This document shows, one piece after another, positions 1-10,260 of a stretch of 64,000 nucleotides of DNA; position 1 is the stretch's first letter, and each line of letters starts with the position of its first letter. This stretch comes from Candidatus Methylomirabilales bacterium (GTDB lineage Bacteria; Methylomirabilota; Methylomirabilia; Methylomirabilales; CSP1-5). The DNA lies in NCBI GenBank assembly GCA_046758505.1, contig JBHIAH010000002.1, forward strand, positions 59,312-123,311, read 5' to 3'. Below the pieces are notes generated by a model. It was given only the letters and a program-made list of their open reading frames with translations, made no database searches and had not been told where the DNA came from. Made by a program: the position numbers and the translations under genes.

Positions 1-2
1 GC

Positions 3-608
3 CTGCACTCAGGCCCGACCGGCGGAGGCGGGCCGACCGACAACCCGAAGATATGGTACGAAGCCGATGCGTATGGGGGACTGACGTTCGGGCTGTTCGA
101 AAACTGGGAAGCGGGAGTGACCTACATCGCCTACACCAGCCCCAACGATTCCTTTGACACGGTTCAAGAGGTGTACCTGAGCCTCGGCTATGACGACAGC
201 GACCTGTTGGGTCCCTTTGCGCTGTCTCCGCACGTCCTTGTCGCCTTCGAGTTCGATAATCAGGCGGATGGGGGGAGCGACGAGGGCATTTATGTGGAGC
301 TGGGTGTCGAACCAGGCCTCACCCTCATCAAAAGCGAGCAATTCCCGGTGACCCTCTCATTTCCGATCACCCTCGGCTTGAGCGCCGATGACTATTACGA
401 GTTCGGCACTGGCGACGATAGCACCTTCGGGTACTTTGACGGGGGTATCGTCCTGAGCATGCCGTTGGGGTTCATTCCCGCCGCCTTCGGCACCTGGGAG
501 ATCAATGCCGGGGTACACTTCCTCGCCCTCGGGGACAACCTCGAAACGGTGAACAGTGGCGACGCCTTTGAGGCCATCGGCACGTTCGGCATCAGCCTGG
601 CCTACTGA
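3..608 (+). CDS. putative outer-membrane beta-barrel protein, 5' end outside window
   Basis: Frame 3 is open from nt 3, with no stop upstream of the listed ORF 117..608. Alternating hydrophobic/polar strand pattern with Gly/Asp turns. Ends ...GTFGISLAY, an aromatic C-terminus typical of OM barrels. Confidence 0.45.
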   Translation: MHSGPTGGGGPTDNPKIWYEADAYGGLTFGLFENWEAGVTYIAYTSPNDSFDTVQEVYLSLGYDDSDLLGPFALSPHVLVAFEFDNQADGGSDEGIYVELGVEPGLTLIKSEQFPVTLSFPITLGLSADDYYEFGTGDDSTFGYFDGGIVLSMPLGFIPAAFGTWEINAGVHFLALGDNLETVNSGDAFEAIGTFGISLAY

Positions 609-617
609 GGGATACAC

Positions 618-764
618 GCTGGGAAGCTAGGAGGCTAGGATGCGAGGAGGCTGGAACGCAAAAAGGCGGGAAGGATTCAATGAAGAGAAGCTGCGACTTT
701 GGAATGCTGAGAAGCTCTTTTGGATGTACGGCCTTCCAGCTTCCTAGCGTCCCAGCATCCTCGC
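618..764. repeat. inverted pair of degenerate 8-mer tandem arrays around a 75-nt core
   Basis: Read directly. Left arm 618-657: GCTGGGAA GCTAGGAG GCTAGGAT GCGAGGAG GCTGGAAC. Right arm 733-764: CTTCCAGC TTCCTAGC GTCCCAGC ATCCTCGC, the reverse complement of the same consensus GCTRGGAN. Lies between the convergent OMP gene and tRNA-Asp. The same word family recurs at 57979-58090. Confidence 0.8.
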
Positions 765-772
765 AGGATCGG

Positions 773-850
773 TGGCGGGGCCGACGGGACTTGAACCCGC
801 GATCTCCGGCTTGACAGGCCGGCGTGTTAACCAGGCTACACCACGGCCCC
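773..850 (-). tRNA. tRNA-Asp (anticodon GTC), CCA encoded
   Basis: The reverse complement folds as a cloverleaf. Acceptor GGGGCCG/CGGCCCC; D arm GTGT-AGCCTGGTTA-ACAC; anticodon arm CCGGC-CTGTCAA-GCCGG; variable AGATC; T arm GCGGG-TTCAAGT-CCCGT; discriminator G plus CCA. A perfect TATAAT (reverse complement of 861-866) lies 10 nt upstream of the mature 5' end. Confidence 0.9.
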
Positions 851-870
851 GCAACTCTCTATTATAGATG

Positions 871-937
871 AATCCGAACCCGCGATCTTCCCGATTGCCC
901 ATCGGGACGGGGTCACCAGGCTACACCACGGCCCCGC
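871..937 (-). pseudogene. decayed tRNA-like paralogue of the adjacent tRNA-Asp
   Basis: 915-937 is 23/23 identical to 830-852 (acceptor 5' strand plus D arm). 876-888 is 13/13 identical to 793-805 (variable loop plus T-stem 5' strand). The D-stem 3' strand, T-stem 3' strand and acceptor 3' strand are absent. The central hairpin TCCCG-ATGGGCAAT-CGGGA has a 9-nt loop. Confidence 0.5.
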
Positions 938-981
938 AGAAGGGAACGACTGTAAATCTATAGCGCACCTGGCGAGGGAAG

Positions 982-2214
982 TCAACTAAAGGGAAGGATC
1001 TCCATCTCCGGCGATCCCCCCGTCAGCGCCGCCATCAGCGTCAGATAGTCCGTCAGGTGGCGGGTGATGAGGAAATTGCGCCGGACGTGTTCCTTGGCGT
1101 CCGCGCCCATCTTTCGAGCGACCTTCGGGTTGTTCAGGAGATACCGGATCCGGAATGCCGCTCCCTCCACCGAACTCACGGTGTAGCCGGTCAGATAGTA
1201 GAGGATCTGGACGGTGATGCCCCCGGCGTCACCCCCAATGACCGGCTTTCCCTTCCACATGGCCTCGGAGACCGTCAGGCCGAACCCCTCCTTGATCGAC
1301 TTCTGAAGGATAATGCTGGCCGCCCGCTGCAGGGCGTTGATCTCGAGATTCGCATCCGGCGGGAGCTCCAGGATGTGGATGTCCGGGTCCTGGCCGGCGA
1401 CCTCCGTCACCTCTTCCACGACCGCCCTCCCTTCCGGGTCATCGGCCGCCCGGCTTCCTGCCAGTACTAGACGACAATCATTGTGCTTCTTGACGATCCG
1501 GTAGGCCTGGATCACCCCCACGGGGTCTTTGAAGTGGTCAAAACGGGAGACCTGCACCAGGATCGGCTTATCCTGGGGAACGCCCAACGTATTCAGGATC
1601 TTGGTCACCTCCCGTCGGCTGAGCTCCCGGTTCTTGTCGCTCAACGGATCGATCGAGGGATAGACGAGAAACTGGGGGATGGAAAGCTTCTGGGCAAAGG
1701 TGGGCAGGGAGAAGATGGCCGCGTCGTACTTCACCACGTAGTTTCTCAGGAAGCGCCACACCCGGCGCGCCGGGTGAGAGATGTCCAGATGACACCGCCA
1801 GACCCATTTCCCCACGCGCGGGCCATAGTCGATGAGGGCGGCCGGCTGGGGATCGTGGACCAAGATCATGTCGGCATCAAAAAGCAGCCGCTTGGCGTTC
1901 TCGCGATTACACTCGAGATACGCGCGGTACAACCGTTCGCTGATCTCCCGTTCCCGGCCCTGGAGGGCGTTGTGAAAAGCCTTGGTCACCGCGAAGAATT
2001 CGTCGCTTCCCTGGATAACCTCCCACGTGGCCTTGACCCCAAGTTCGTTGAGCAGGGGGACGAGACGGTTCAGCATCTCGGCCACACCACCGCCGAACCG
2101 GGTCGAGTTGATATTGAGGAGACTCCTCCCCTTCACCTTTTCGCTCAGGCGATAGAGAAGATCCACCGACCCCGGGGGGGCAACCTCCCGATAATCCTCA
2201 AGGCGAATCGACAC
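982..2214 (-). CDS. treT: TreT-type trehalose synthase (GT4 glycosyltransferase)
   Basis: N-terminal block INSTRFGGGVAEMLNRLVPLLNELGVKATWEVIQGSDEFFAVTKAFHNALQG and VSRFDHFKDPVGVIQAY match the TreT family pattern as I remember it. C-terminal GT-B motif EGFGLTVSEAMWKGKPVI. Confidence 0.75.
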   Translation of the reverse strand: MSIRLEDYREVAPPGSVDLLYRLSEKVKGRSLLNINSTRFGGGVAEMLNRLVPLLNELGVKATWEVIQGSDEFFAVTKAFHNALQGREREISERLYRAYLECNRENAKRLLFDADMILVHDPQPAALIDYGPRVGKWVWRCHLDISHPARRVWRFLRNYVVKYDAAIFSLPTFAQKLSIPQFLVYPSIDPLSDKNRELSRREVTKILNTLGVPQDKPILVQVSRFDHFKDPVGVIQAYRIVKKHNDCRLVLAGSRAADDPEGRAVVEEVTEVAGQDPDIHILELPPDANLEINALQRAASIILQKSIKEGFGLTVSEAMWKGKPVIGGDAGGITVQILYYLTGYTVSSVEGAAFRIRYLLNNPKVARKMGADAKEHVRRNFLITRHLTDYLTLMAALTGGSPEMEILPFS

Positions 2215-2884
2215 CGCTCTCCCCTCCCTCGATCAGGAACGTATCGCAAATCTCCACGAGACGGTCCCGGAGTTGTTCCAGGCTGAACATGTATGGGTCA
2301 ATGGTTCGGAGGCATTGGGCCAGCTCCACCATCTGCAATTCCCGCTCGATCCAGATGGGGAAATCTCCTTCCCGACCGTTCCGCCGGATCCGCGCCGCGT
2401 AGAAGTGGTAGTAGATGGCACTGGCGTCCACCTTGGAGAGTCCGTCCCGAAATTCCTGAAGCGTCTGCGCGATGATCCCGGTGGGAATCTCTACAATGCG
2501 AGACTGCATGAAGTAAAAGGGCTTTCCATCTTCGACCCGGGGGACAAAACTTAATGTGGCAAGGTGATCTTCAATGACGGCGACGAGGGCGTCACGCAGA
2601 TCGTCCAGCGTGTTGAAGTCGTACGGATCGATGACCCCCAGCCGTTCCCCCAGTACTCGATCGCGAACCTGCGTGGCCGCCCAGGTCGCAAAATCGTTGG
2701 GGTAGGGGGCTGCGAGGTACTGATGTCGGAGGAAGTACTGATGCGTATGATAGTAAATGGAGTCGATGGGCACCTCCTCCAAGAGATCCATGAGCTGGAG
2801 CTCATCCTCCGCCTTTGTCCCCAGGATCTCCCGGAGCTCCGTGCACCCGACGAATTCAAAGGGGAACCCGACGATCTTATGCAT
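2198..2884 (-). CDS. conserved hypothetical protein with internal tandem duplication, translationally coupled to treT
   Basis: Its 3' end overlaps the treT start by 17 nt. The two halves align: ...DSIYYHTHQYF...PNDFATW...VIDPYDFNTLDDLRDALV versus ...SAIYYHFYAAR...EGDFPIW...TIDPYMFSLEQLRDRLV. No function recognised. Confidence 0.7.
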   Translation of the reverse strand: MHKIVGFPFEFVGCTELREILGTKAEDELQLMDLLEEVPIDSIYYHTHQYFLRHQYLAAPYPNDFATWAATQVRDRVLGERLGVIDPYDFNTLDDLRDALVAVIEDHLATLSFVPRVEDGKPFYFMQSRIVEIPTGIIAQTLQEFRDGLSKVDASAIYYHFYAARIRRNGREGDFPIWIERELQMVELAQCLRTIDPYMFSLEQLRDRLVEICDTFLIEGGESGVDSP

Positions 2885-3118
2885 GGGAGACGCTCACGTT
2901 CGGTGTCCCTCCACTCCCCAAGGAATGCAACTGTCCACCAAGGTCAGATGGTACAGCAATACCTTCTACACCACTATCATTTGAAAGTCCACTGTCTCGG
3001 AATCCCGCAGCCATCAGGGGCACATCCTTCCTCCAGAGTGGAACGCGCGCTCGCCTCGGTCCCATCGTCCTCCGCTCGCCAGCCATGGCACCTTTCGCCC
3101 ACCACTCCTGCCGGCACC

Positions 3119-5116
3119 TTAGAGAGAGTCCTCAGAGTCCCGTTCCTTGCGGATCCGGCGCCGTACGCCGAACACATGAGCCGGAACGTTCTGCGGATTG
3201 AGCTCGACGTAATTGCGCGGGCCGTGCCAGAGGTAGCGGGCGTCGTTGATCAGATCATGCACTTGGTAGGGATGTTCGTGATCGAGCCCCAGCGCGTCGA
3301 GGTCAACCTCTACCCAGCCCGTATGCGTCTGATGGGGGCTCAGATTGACCACGACCAGGATCATGTTCGCCCGATCTTCCGTACTCTTGCTGTAACAGAG
3401 AAGCTGGTCGTTGTCCACGGAATGAAAACGCAGACCGCCATTGCTGTGCAGTGCAGGGTTTTCCCGACGAATCCGGTTCACCCGGGCGATCAATTCGCGC
3501 AGGCTGTCCGGTCGGGAGATGTCCCAGTATTTGATTTCGTACTTTTCCGAGTTGAGATATTCTTCGCCCCCGGGCTCCCGGGGCCGGTTCTCGCAGAGTT
3601 CAAAGGCGGGACCGTAGATTCCGTAACTCGCCGCCAGGGTGGCCGCCAAGACCAGCCGCGTCATGAAGGCCGGCCGCCCTCCGGACTGCAGATACTCGGG
3701 CAAGATATCGGGTGTATTCGGCCACAGACTGGGCCGGAAATACTCTCGCACGTCTGTCTGGGTGAGCTCGGTGAAGTATTCGGAGAGTTCCCACTTGGTG
3801 TTGCGCCACGCGAAATACGTATACGACTGGGTGAAGCCAAGCTTGGCGAGTTCGTACATCACCTTCGGGCGGGTGAAAGCCTCGGCGAGAAAGATCACGT
3901 CGGGATGGTCCGCCTTGATCCCGTCGATCAGCCACTGCCAAAAGGCAAAGGGCTTGGTGTGGGGATTGTCCACCCGGAAGATCCGCACACCCTCGTCGAT
4001 CCAGAAGTAAAAGATGCTCCTGAGTTCCTCCCAAAATTCGCGCCACGCTTCGGTCTCAAATTCGAAGGGGTAGATGTCCTCGTACTTTTTGGGCGGGTTC
4101 TCCGCGTACTGGACGGTGCCATCGGGGCGCCACCGGAACCACTCCGGATGCTCCTTCACATAGGGATGATCGGGTGAACACTGGAAGGCGATGTCTAATG
4201 CGATCTCGAGACCGTAGTCGCGAGCCTTTGCAAGGAACCGTCGGAAATCCTCCCGAGTCCCGAGCTGGGGATGAATCGCCTTGTGCCCGCCCTCCTCGGC
4301 GCCGATGCCCCAGGGGCTCCCCGGATCATCGGGCTCGCAAATGGGAGAGTTATTCTTCCCCTTGCGGTGCGTGCGGCCGATGGGATGGATGGGGGGGAAA
4401 TAGAGCACGTCAAAGCCCATGTCTGCAATGTACGGCAACCGCTGCTCACAATCCCTGAAGGTCCCGTGGACGCCCGGCTTCGGACCACAAGAGCGGGGAA
4501 ACATTTCGTACCAGGCACTGAACCGGGCCCGTTCCCGATCAACGACCACGACGAGCTCCTTGCCGTATCTGGTGGCCAGCCGCCTGTCGGGGTACAGCGC
4601 CATCAACTGGGCCAGATCCTCAGCCAGCGCCAGGCGGATCTTCTCGGATGGGTTCGACGGGAAGTCCGAACGCAGGGCCGTGGCTCTCTCCTTCAGCTTT
4701 GTGGCATCCGCCCCGGAAGCCCGCCCACTCGCCTCCTCGACCAAGTCGGCCCCCACCAGGAGGTCGACCTCCACCTCCTGGCCCGCCTCGACCTTCCTTC
4801 CCAGGTCCCGCCGCCAGGTTCTGAACCGATCGACCCAGGCTTCAAGGGTATACCGGTACCGCCCGAGCTCCGTCACACGAAACTCTGCGCGCCATCGGTC
4901 GTTCACCACGAACTCAAGGGGGACCTCACTCCAATTCTTAGCTGTCTCCCGGCGGTAGCGGAGTACGCCCGAGAGCGCGTCGAGCCCTTCAGCGAAAATA
5001 TCCACCTCCACGACAACCTTTTCACCGACCGTCCGCTTGATGGGGAAACGCCCCCCATCAATCTCGGGCTTGACCCCCTCGATAATTACCCGTCCGGGCC
5101 ATTCGTCGACACGCAC
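3119..5116 (-). CDS. glgE: alpha-1,4-glucan:maltose-1-phosphate maltosyltransferase
   Basis: N-terminus RVIIEGVKPEIDGGRFPIKRTVGEKVVVEVDIFAEG is typical of the GlgE N-domain. GH13 catalytic blocks GFDVLYFPPIHPIG, RVDNPHTKP and FLAEAFTRP. Confidence 0.9.
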   Translation of the reverse strand: MRVDEWPGRVIIEGVKPEIDGGRFPIKRTVGEKVVVEVDIFAEGLDALSGVLRYRRETAKNWSEVPLEFVVNDRWRAEFRVTELGRYRYTLEAWVDRFRTWRRDLGRKVEAGQEVEVDLLVGADLVEEASGRASGADATKLKERATALRSDFPSNPSEKIRLALAEDLAQLMALYPDRRLATRYGKELVVVVDRERARFSAWYEMFPRSCGPKPGVHGTFRDCEQRLPYIADMGFDVLYFPPIHPIGRTHRKGKNNSPICEPDDPGSPWGIGAEEGGHKAIHPQLGTREDFRRFLAKARDYGLEIALDIAFQCSPDHPYVKEHPEWFRWRPDGTVQYAENPPKKYEDIYPFEFETEAWREFWEELRSIFYFWIDEGVRIFRVDNPHTKPFAFWQWLIDGIKADHPDVIFLAEAFTRPKVMYELAKLGFTQSYTYFAWRNTKWELSEYFTELTQTDVREYFRPSLWPNTPDILPEYLQSGGRPAFMTRLVLAATLAASYGIYGPAFELCENRPREPGGEEYLNSEKYEIKYWDISRPDSLRELIARVNRIRRENPALHSNGGLRFHSVDNDQLLCYSKSTEDRANMILVVVNLSPHQTHTGWVEVDLDALGLDHEHPYQVHDLINDARYLWHGPRNYVELNPQNVPAHVFGVRRRIRKERDSEDSL

Positions 5117-5144
5117 CTACGCGACCCCCTCCTCTCTCAATGTT

Positions 5145-8054
5145 TCAGTGCCCTGGCGCGACATCACTCATTGTCCCCGAAATCAGGGCAAGCGGAAAAT
5201 GTTGAAAGAGGCGGTGGAGGGGCAACGCCTTCCTCCCGGAACTCGAGGAGACGTGCAAGGTCTCGCCGGTCAGGATGTTCTGCCAACGCGCCGGCGCCTC
5301 GCGAGGTACCACGAGACACCCATTGCCCCACACCCGCCGTCCCAGGGGCGGTTTGCCATTTCCCACGAGCCTCGCAATGAGCCGGGGGACAACTACCAAA
5401 GCCCACGCGCCCGCGTTCCGCCTCGCAAAGCTGCACACGTGTTCCTTTTTGTTGCCCAGAGCGTACAGGGGGAGGTAGTCTCCCTCCAGAAACAGCGCGC
5501 GGTGTTCCCGGCGAAAATCCAGCGCCCTGGCGGTGACAAAAAGTTTGATTCGGCCATCGTCCCAGCGCAGAAGTAACTCAGAGACCAAGGGCACGAGACC
5601 CTCGGCTTCTCGGCGCTTGAGATCCTCGAGCAGTCGGATTCGTTTCGTGAAATCGACGGGGCGACGGTTGTCGGGATCGACGAGACTGAAGTCCCAGAGT
5701 CCCGTGCCCTGATAAAAATCAGGGACGCCCGGCGACGTGATTTTGAGGAGCACCTGTGCCACGGCATTCAAGGCACCGTGGAAGGCGATCCGTTTCTGGA
5801 ACTGTACAAAGTCCAAGAGGAATCTGTTCTGACGCGACGTCCTCAAGATCGACTGCACAAAGGCGACGAGGGCGCGCTCATGAGCTGGGTCAGAATCGAT
5901 CCAGCTCGTGTAGACTTTTGCCTCTCTCGCTGCCTTGATCATGAAAGCCTCGAGCCGCTTCTTGAACGCGGGTACCTCATCCGCCCGGAAGGGCCACGCC
6001 CCGACGAGCGTCTGGTACAGAAGCATTTCCTCGTTGAGATCCGGGACAGATCGTCCGTTGACCTTTCGTTTGTTCGCCCGATTCCACCGGTTCCAGCGGG
6101 TTACGCACTGCGCCCACACTTGGGGAAGCTCAGAGAGGACATTGATTCGCGCCCGAACATCTTCGCTCCGCTTGGTGTCGTGCGTGGACGTCGCGTTCAG
6201 GGTATACGGCCAGTCCGCCCGGGTGGCACGGTTATGACGGTGAAAGTCCTTCACAGATACATGCTGAGCCCCAGGATCGCCCCCCACTTCGTTCAGGGAG
6301 ATCAGCCGGTTGTACGTATAGAGGGAGGTATCCTCGAGCCCCTTGGCCATAATCGGGCCCGTGAACTGCTGCCATCGCCTCACAAAGCAAAGCCAAGCCT
6401 CTCTCTGTTCTGCGGCGAGGGAAGGCGGAAAATCGAGGAGGAAGACCCGACGCAGAAAGTCGAAGACGGGCGTGCCGAGAGCCGCATTCCGTCGCATGGC
6501 CTCCTCCGCAGCCCGTGTGATGACCGTGCGGTCCTGCGGAGGCACCTCGTGACCGCGAATATAGGTCCGGTAGACAGGGAGGCACGCGGTGACCTCCACG
6601 AGGCCTTGCAAAAGGGTCTGCCGCGGGAGGTCGCGCGCGTGCCGATCCTGCCCGGCCAGGCGGGAGAGGGAGTGGCCGAGGGTTCGCATCTCCCCCGGAA
6701 ACAACGCCTCCATAATCCACTTCTTCTGCCGATAGACGATATCTGGAAAGCCCATCCGGGACCCGGTAAAACGCGTGTAATACGCGTCGAGCGGCTTGAT
6801 CCCGACCGGGTCCACGGAAACCCCATTCACGCGAATGGCAAACTCATAGCCCGTGGTGCCACACACCGGCCAATCCTTGGGTAGTGTTTCATCTCCGATG
6901 AGGATCTTTTCGACCAGGACATAAAAGCTCGGGGACGCTCCCTGCTCACTTGCCTCCGGGGCCAGACGGCCCTGGAGACGATGGAGATACCCTGGGGGGT
7001 CGTACAACCCGTCAATATGATCAGTCCGCAAGCCGGTCACCTTCCGATCCTTGACCAGCTCGAAGATCAACCTGTGCGTGGCCTTGAATACCTGCATGTC
7101 CTCGACCCGAACACTGACCAGGTCACTAATGTCGAAAAACCGCCTGTAGTTCATGCACTCCCTGGCGGTTCGCCAAAAACCAAGCCGGTAGGCCTGCTGG
7201 GCCAAGAGTTGGTCCAGGAGATCAAAGCTGTGGGGAGAGCCCCTCTCGCCGTTGAAAATCCTCACATTTTCATCGAGAAAGGTTTTGATCTCGGGATACG
7301 TCAGGTACAGGTGCCAAAGCCGGTGCTTGATACGCTCCCGCTCCCGCTCCGTCTCCCCCGTCACGCGATCGCCCACGGTGCCCACCGGCAGCCGCTGGAT
7401 CGCGTCGAGGAGATCAACCAGCGCGCGAAAGGCCAAGTGGGCCATCCCGAGCGTCTCCTCCATGGTGTGCATGCGGTGCGCGAGAATAGACCGATAGGAC
7501 TTGAGCTGAATCGGCAATTTCACGTTGTAGTAGCGAACATGAAACCCGCCCTCGTCGAGCCCCAAGACCAGCTCCTGCTTTTCCAAGACCTGGCCGTACG
7601 GGCCGCCGAGGAGGGGGAGGAGGACTTTATCCGCGAGTGGCCCGCTGTCTGGGTGCCAGTCAATGTCAAAGTAGCTCGCGTACCGGGAACTCGGGCCGTT
7701 CTCCAGCACATCCGTCCACCACGGGTTTTCAGGACTGGCAGCCATATGATTGGGCTCGATGTCCAGGAGAAGCCCCATCCCGTGACGCCTGAGCTCTTCC
7801 GACAGCAGATCGAATTCTTCCCGTGTGCCCAGCTCGGGGTTGAGGCGGGTCGGGTCCGTCACATCATACCCATGCGTGCTCCCCCGACGGACCTGGAAAA
7901 TCGGAGAGGCATAGAGATCCGTGATGCCAAGCATCAGAAGATACGGCACGAGCCGCCGGGCGTCCGCAAAGCCAAAGTCCTGGTTGAACTGCAGCCGATA
8001 CGTGGCGCCCGGAACCCGAAATGTGACCTTTCCACTGTCTCCCTGCACACCCAT
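5145..8054 (-). CDS. treY: malto-oligosyltrehalose synthase
   Basis: N-terminus ATYRLQFNQDFGFADARRLVPYLLMLGITDLYASPIFQVRRGSTHGYDVTD and LLLDIEPNHMA. Length 969 aa. Confidence 0.9.
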   Translation of the reverse strand: MGVQGDSGKVTFRVPGATYRLQFNQDFGFADARRLVPYLLMLGITDLYASPIFQVRRGSTHGYDVTDPTRLNPELGTREEFDLLSEELRRHGMGLLLDIEPNHMAASPENPWWTDVLENGPSSRYASYFDIDWHPDSGPLADKVLLPLLGGPYGQVLEKQELVLGLDEGGFHVRYYNVKLPIQLKSYRSILAHRMHTMEETLGMAHLAFRALVDLLDAIQRLPVGTVGDRVTGETERERERIKHRLWHLYLTYPEIKTFLDENVRIFNGERGSPHSFDLLDQLLAQQAYRLGFWRTARECMNYRRFFDISDLVSVRVEDMQVFKATHRLIFELVKDRKVTGLRTDHIDGLYDPPGYLHRLQGRLAPEASEQGASPSFYVLVEKILIGDETLPKDWPVCGTTGYEFAIRVNGVSVDPVGIKPLDAYYTRFTGSRMGFPDIVYRQKKWIMEALFPGEMRTLGHSLSRLAGQDRHARDLPRQTLLQGLVEVTACLPVYRTYIRGHEVPPQDRTVITRAAEEAMRRNAALGTPVFDFLRRVFLLDFPPSLAAEQREAWLCFVRRWQQFTGPIMAKGLEDTSLYTYNRLISLNEVGGDPGAQHVSVKDFHRHNRATRADWPYTLNATSTHDTKRSEDVRARINVLSELPQVWAQCVTRWNRWNRANKRKVNGRSVPDLNEEMLLYQTLVGAWPFRADEVPAFKKRLEAFMIKAAREAKVYTSWIDSDPAHERALVAFVQSILRTSRQNRFLLDFVQFQKRIAFHGALNAVAQVLLKITSPGVPDFYQGTGLWDFSLVDPDNRRPVDFTKRIRLLEDLKRREAEGLVPLVSELLLRWDDGRIKLFVTARALDFRREHRALFLEGDYLPLYALGNKKEHVCSFARRNAGAWALVVVPRLIARLVGNGKPPLGRRVWGNGCLVVPREAPARWQNILTGETLHVSSSSGRKALPLHRLFQHFPLALISGTMSDVAPGH

Positions 8055-8057
8055 CCC

Positions 8058-10187
8058 TCAGTCGCCGACAAGGCGCAGCAACGCCACGGATCGCCCCTGC
8101 AGGTCGTACGGCTGACCCCCACGCATCAGACGGTATCGTCGCCTTCCTACCGCATCCCGGGTGTCCAGGACCAGTTCCCACCGCAGTTTGGACCGCTGGA
8201 TGGGAAGGACGAATACGATAGGTTCATGGTAGGCGTTGAGGAGGATCAGCAAGGTGTCATCGACGATGCGATTTCCCCGGGCATCAACCTCCTCGATGGC
8301 GTCCCCGGCAAGCCGGAGCCCCAAGCAACGGGTGTGGGAATTTTCCCAGTCCTCGTCGCCCATTTCCTTGCCATCGGGGCGGAACCAAGTCAGATCTTTG
8401 ACCTCGGAGCCGCGGATCCTCCGCCCCTGGAAAAAGTTCCGACGCCGCAGGACCGGGTGCCGATGGTACAGCCGGATCAGGAGCCGAGTGAACTCGAGCA
8501 GCTCAAGCCGGGCTCGGTCTGGGCTCCAGTTTATCCAAGACGTCTCGTTGTCCTGACAATAGGCGTTGTTGTTCCCCTGCTGCGTACGCCCCATCTCGTC
8601 GCCAGCCAGGAGCATCGGAACACCCTGGGAAAGGAAGAGGGTTGCCAGCATGTTTCGTTTCTGCCGCTCTCGGAGGGCGAGGATCGCCGGATCATCTGTG
8701 GGCCCCTCCACGCCACAATTCCAGCTCAGGTTTTCGTCGGTGCCATCCCGGTTTCCCTCTCCGTTCGCCTCGTTATGTTTCCCGTTATAGCTCACCAGGT
8801 CGTGGAGGGTAAATCCATCATGGGCCGTCACAAAGTTGATGCTGGCATACGGCCGGCGGCCCCCATGATCGTAGAGATCGCTGCTTCCGGTCAGGCGGTA
8901 GGCCAGCTCACCGACCTGCCCCAGATCGCCCCTCCAGAAGCGTCTTACGTTATCGCGATATTTTCCATTCCATTCGGCCCACAGGACGGGAAAGTTGCCC
9001 ACTTGGTAGCCCCCCTCGCCGAGGTCCCACGGCTCGGCGATCAGCTTCACCTGCGAGAGGATGGGGTCCTGGTGGATGATGTCGAAGAACGCTGCCAACC
9101 GGTCCACCTCATGCAGTTCTCGCGCGAGGGCTGCGGCGAGATCGAAGCGAAACCCGTCCACGTGCATCTCCAGCACCCAGTACCGAAGGCTGTCCATAAT
9201 CAGCTGGAGTACCCGTGGGTGGGTCATGTCCAAGGTATTCCCGCAACCGGTGTAGTCCATGTAGTAGCGGCGGGTGTCCCCCGCCAGGCGATAATAGGCT
9301 GCATTATCAATGCCGCGAAAGCAGAGGGTTGGTCCGAGATGGTTCCCCTCCCCCGTATGGTTGTACACTACATCGAGGATGACCTCGATCCCCTCGCGGT
9401 GAAGCGTCTTGACCATGGTTTTAAACTCTGCCACCTGCTGGCCCAGAACCCCCGTGCTGGCATACCGCGCGCCGGGGGAGAAGAATCCGATCGAGTTATA
9501 GCCCCAGTAGTTGGTAAGCCCCCGGTCCACAAGTTGTCGATCCGCCACGAACTGGTGCACCGGCAGCAGCTCCACCGCGGTGATCCCCAGCGACCGGAGA
9601 TAGTCGAGGACCGGGGGGCAGGTGAGGCCAGCGTACGTCCCCTGCAGTTCCTTTGGGACGTTCGGGTGTTGGGCCGTAAACCCTTTTACATGCACTTCGT
9701 AGATGATTGTCTTGTGCCAGGGGATCCGCGGTGGCCGGTCCTCGCCCCAGGAGAAGGCCGGGTCGACCACCACGCACTTGGGAATGTCGGCGGCACTGTC
9801 TCGATTATCCCGAGAGCGATCCTCGGCCGGATCCCCGACACGGTATCCGAACAAAGCATCGCTCCAGTGGACGGTGCCGGCGATGGCTTTGGCATAGGGA
9901 TCGATGAGGAGCTTAGCGGGATTGAATCGGTGGCCGGCCTCCGGCTCGTAGGGGCCATGCACCCGATACCCGTAGAGCTGCCCCGGGCGCGCCTCAGGAA
10001 GATAAACGTGCCAGACCTGATCGGTTTGCTCCTGCATCGGGATGCGGGCGATTTCCTGACCGCCGTCCGGCCTCCCGAACAGGCTCAGTTCCACCCCGGT
10101 GGCGTTCTCGGAAAAGAGGGTGAAGTTGACCCCGGCTCCGTCCCAGGTTGCCCCCAGCGGATAGGGATGTCCCGGCCACACCTTCAT
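8058..10187 (-). CDS. glgX: glycogen debranching enzyme
   Basis: [37 protein letters not shown], plus GH13 motifs [21 protein letters not shown] and IAEPWD. Confidence 0.9.
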   Translation of the reverse strand: MKVWPGHPYPLGATWDGAGVNFTLFSENATGVELSLFGRPDGGQEIARIPMQEQTDQVWHVYLPEARPGQLYGYRVHGPYEPEAGHRFNPAKLLIDPYAKAIAGTVHWSDALFGYRVGDPAEDRSRDNRDSAADIPKCVVVDPAFSWGEDRPPRIPWHKTIIYEVHVKGFTAQHPNVPKELQGTYAGLTCPPVLDYLRSLGITAVELLPVHQFVADRQLVDRGLTNYWGYNSIGFFSPGARYASTGVLGQQVAEFKTMVKTLHREGIEVILDVVYNHTGEGNHLGPTLCFRGIDNAAYYRLAGDTRRYYMDYTGCGNTLDMTHPRVLQLIMDSLRYWVLEMHVDGFRFDLAAALARELHEVDRLAAFFDIIHQDPILSQVKLIAEPWDLGEGGYQVGNFPVLWAEWNGKYRDNVRRFWRGDLGQVGELAYRLTGSSDLYDHGGRRPYASINFVTAHDGFTLHDLVSYNGKHNEANGEGNRDGTDENLSWNCGVEGPTDDPAILALRERQKRNMLATLFLSQGVPMLLAGDEMGRTQQGNNNAYCQDNETSWINWSPDRARLELLEFTRLLIRLYHRHPVLRRRNFFQGRRIRGSEVKDLTWFRPDGKEMGDEDWENSHTRCLGLRLAGDAIEEVDARGNRIVDDTLLILLNAYHEPIVFVLPIQRSKLRWELVLDTRDAVGRRRYRLMRGGQPYDLQGRSVALLRLVGD

Positions 10188-10260
10188 GACGGCCTCCTAC
10201 CGATGCGACCCTTACCCTGCCCGTCCACCCTGGAAAAGGACAGGGAAAATCGAAGCGGAT

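Noticed and set aside
773-937. tRNA-adjacent genomic island or integrase att site.
   Set aside because: No integrase or other mobile genes flank either tRNA. The duplicated segment is the tRNA 5' part, not the 3' end usually duplicated by integration.
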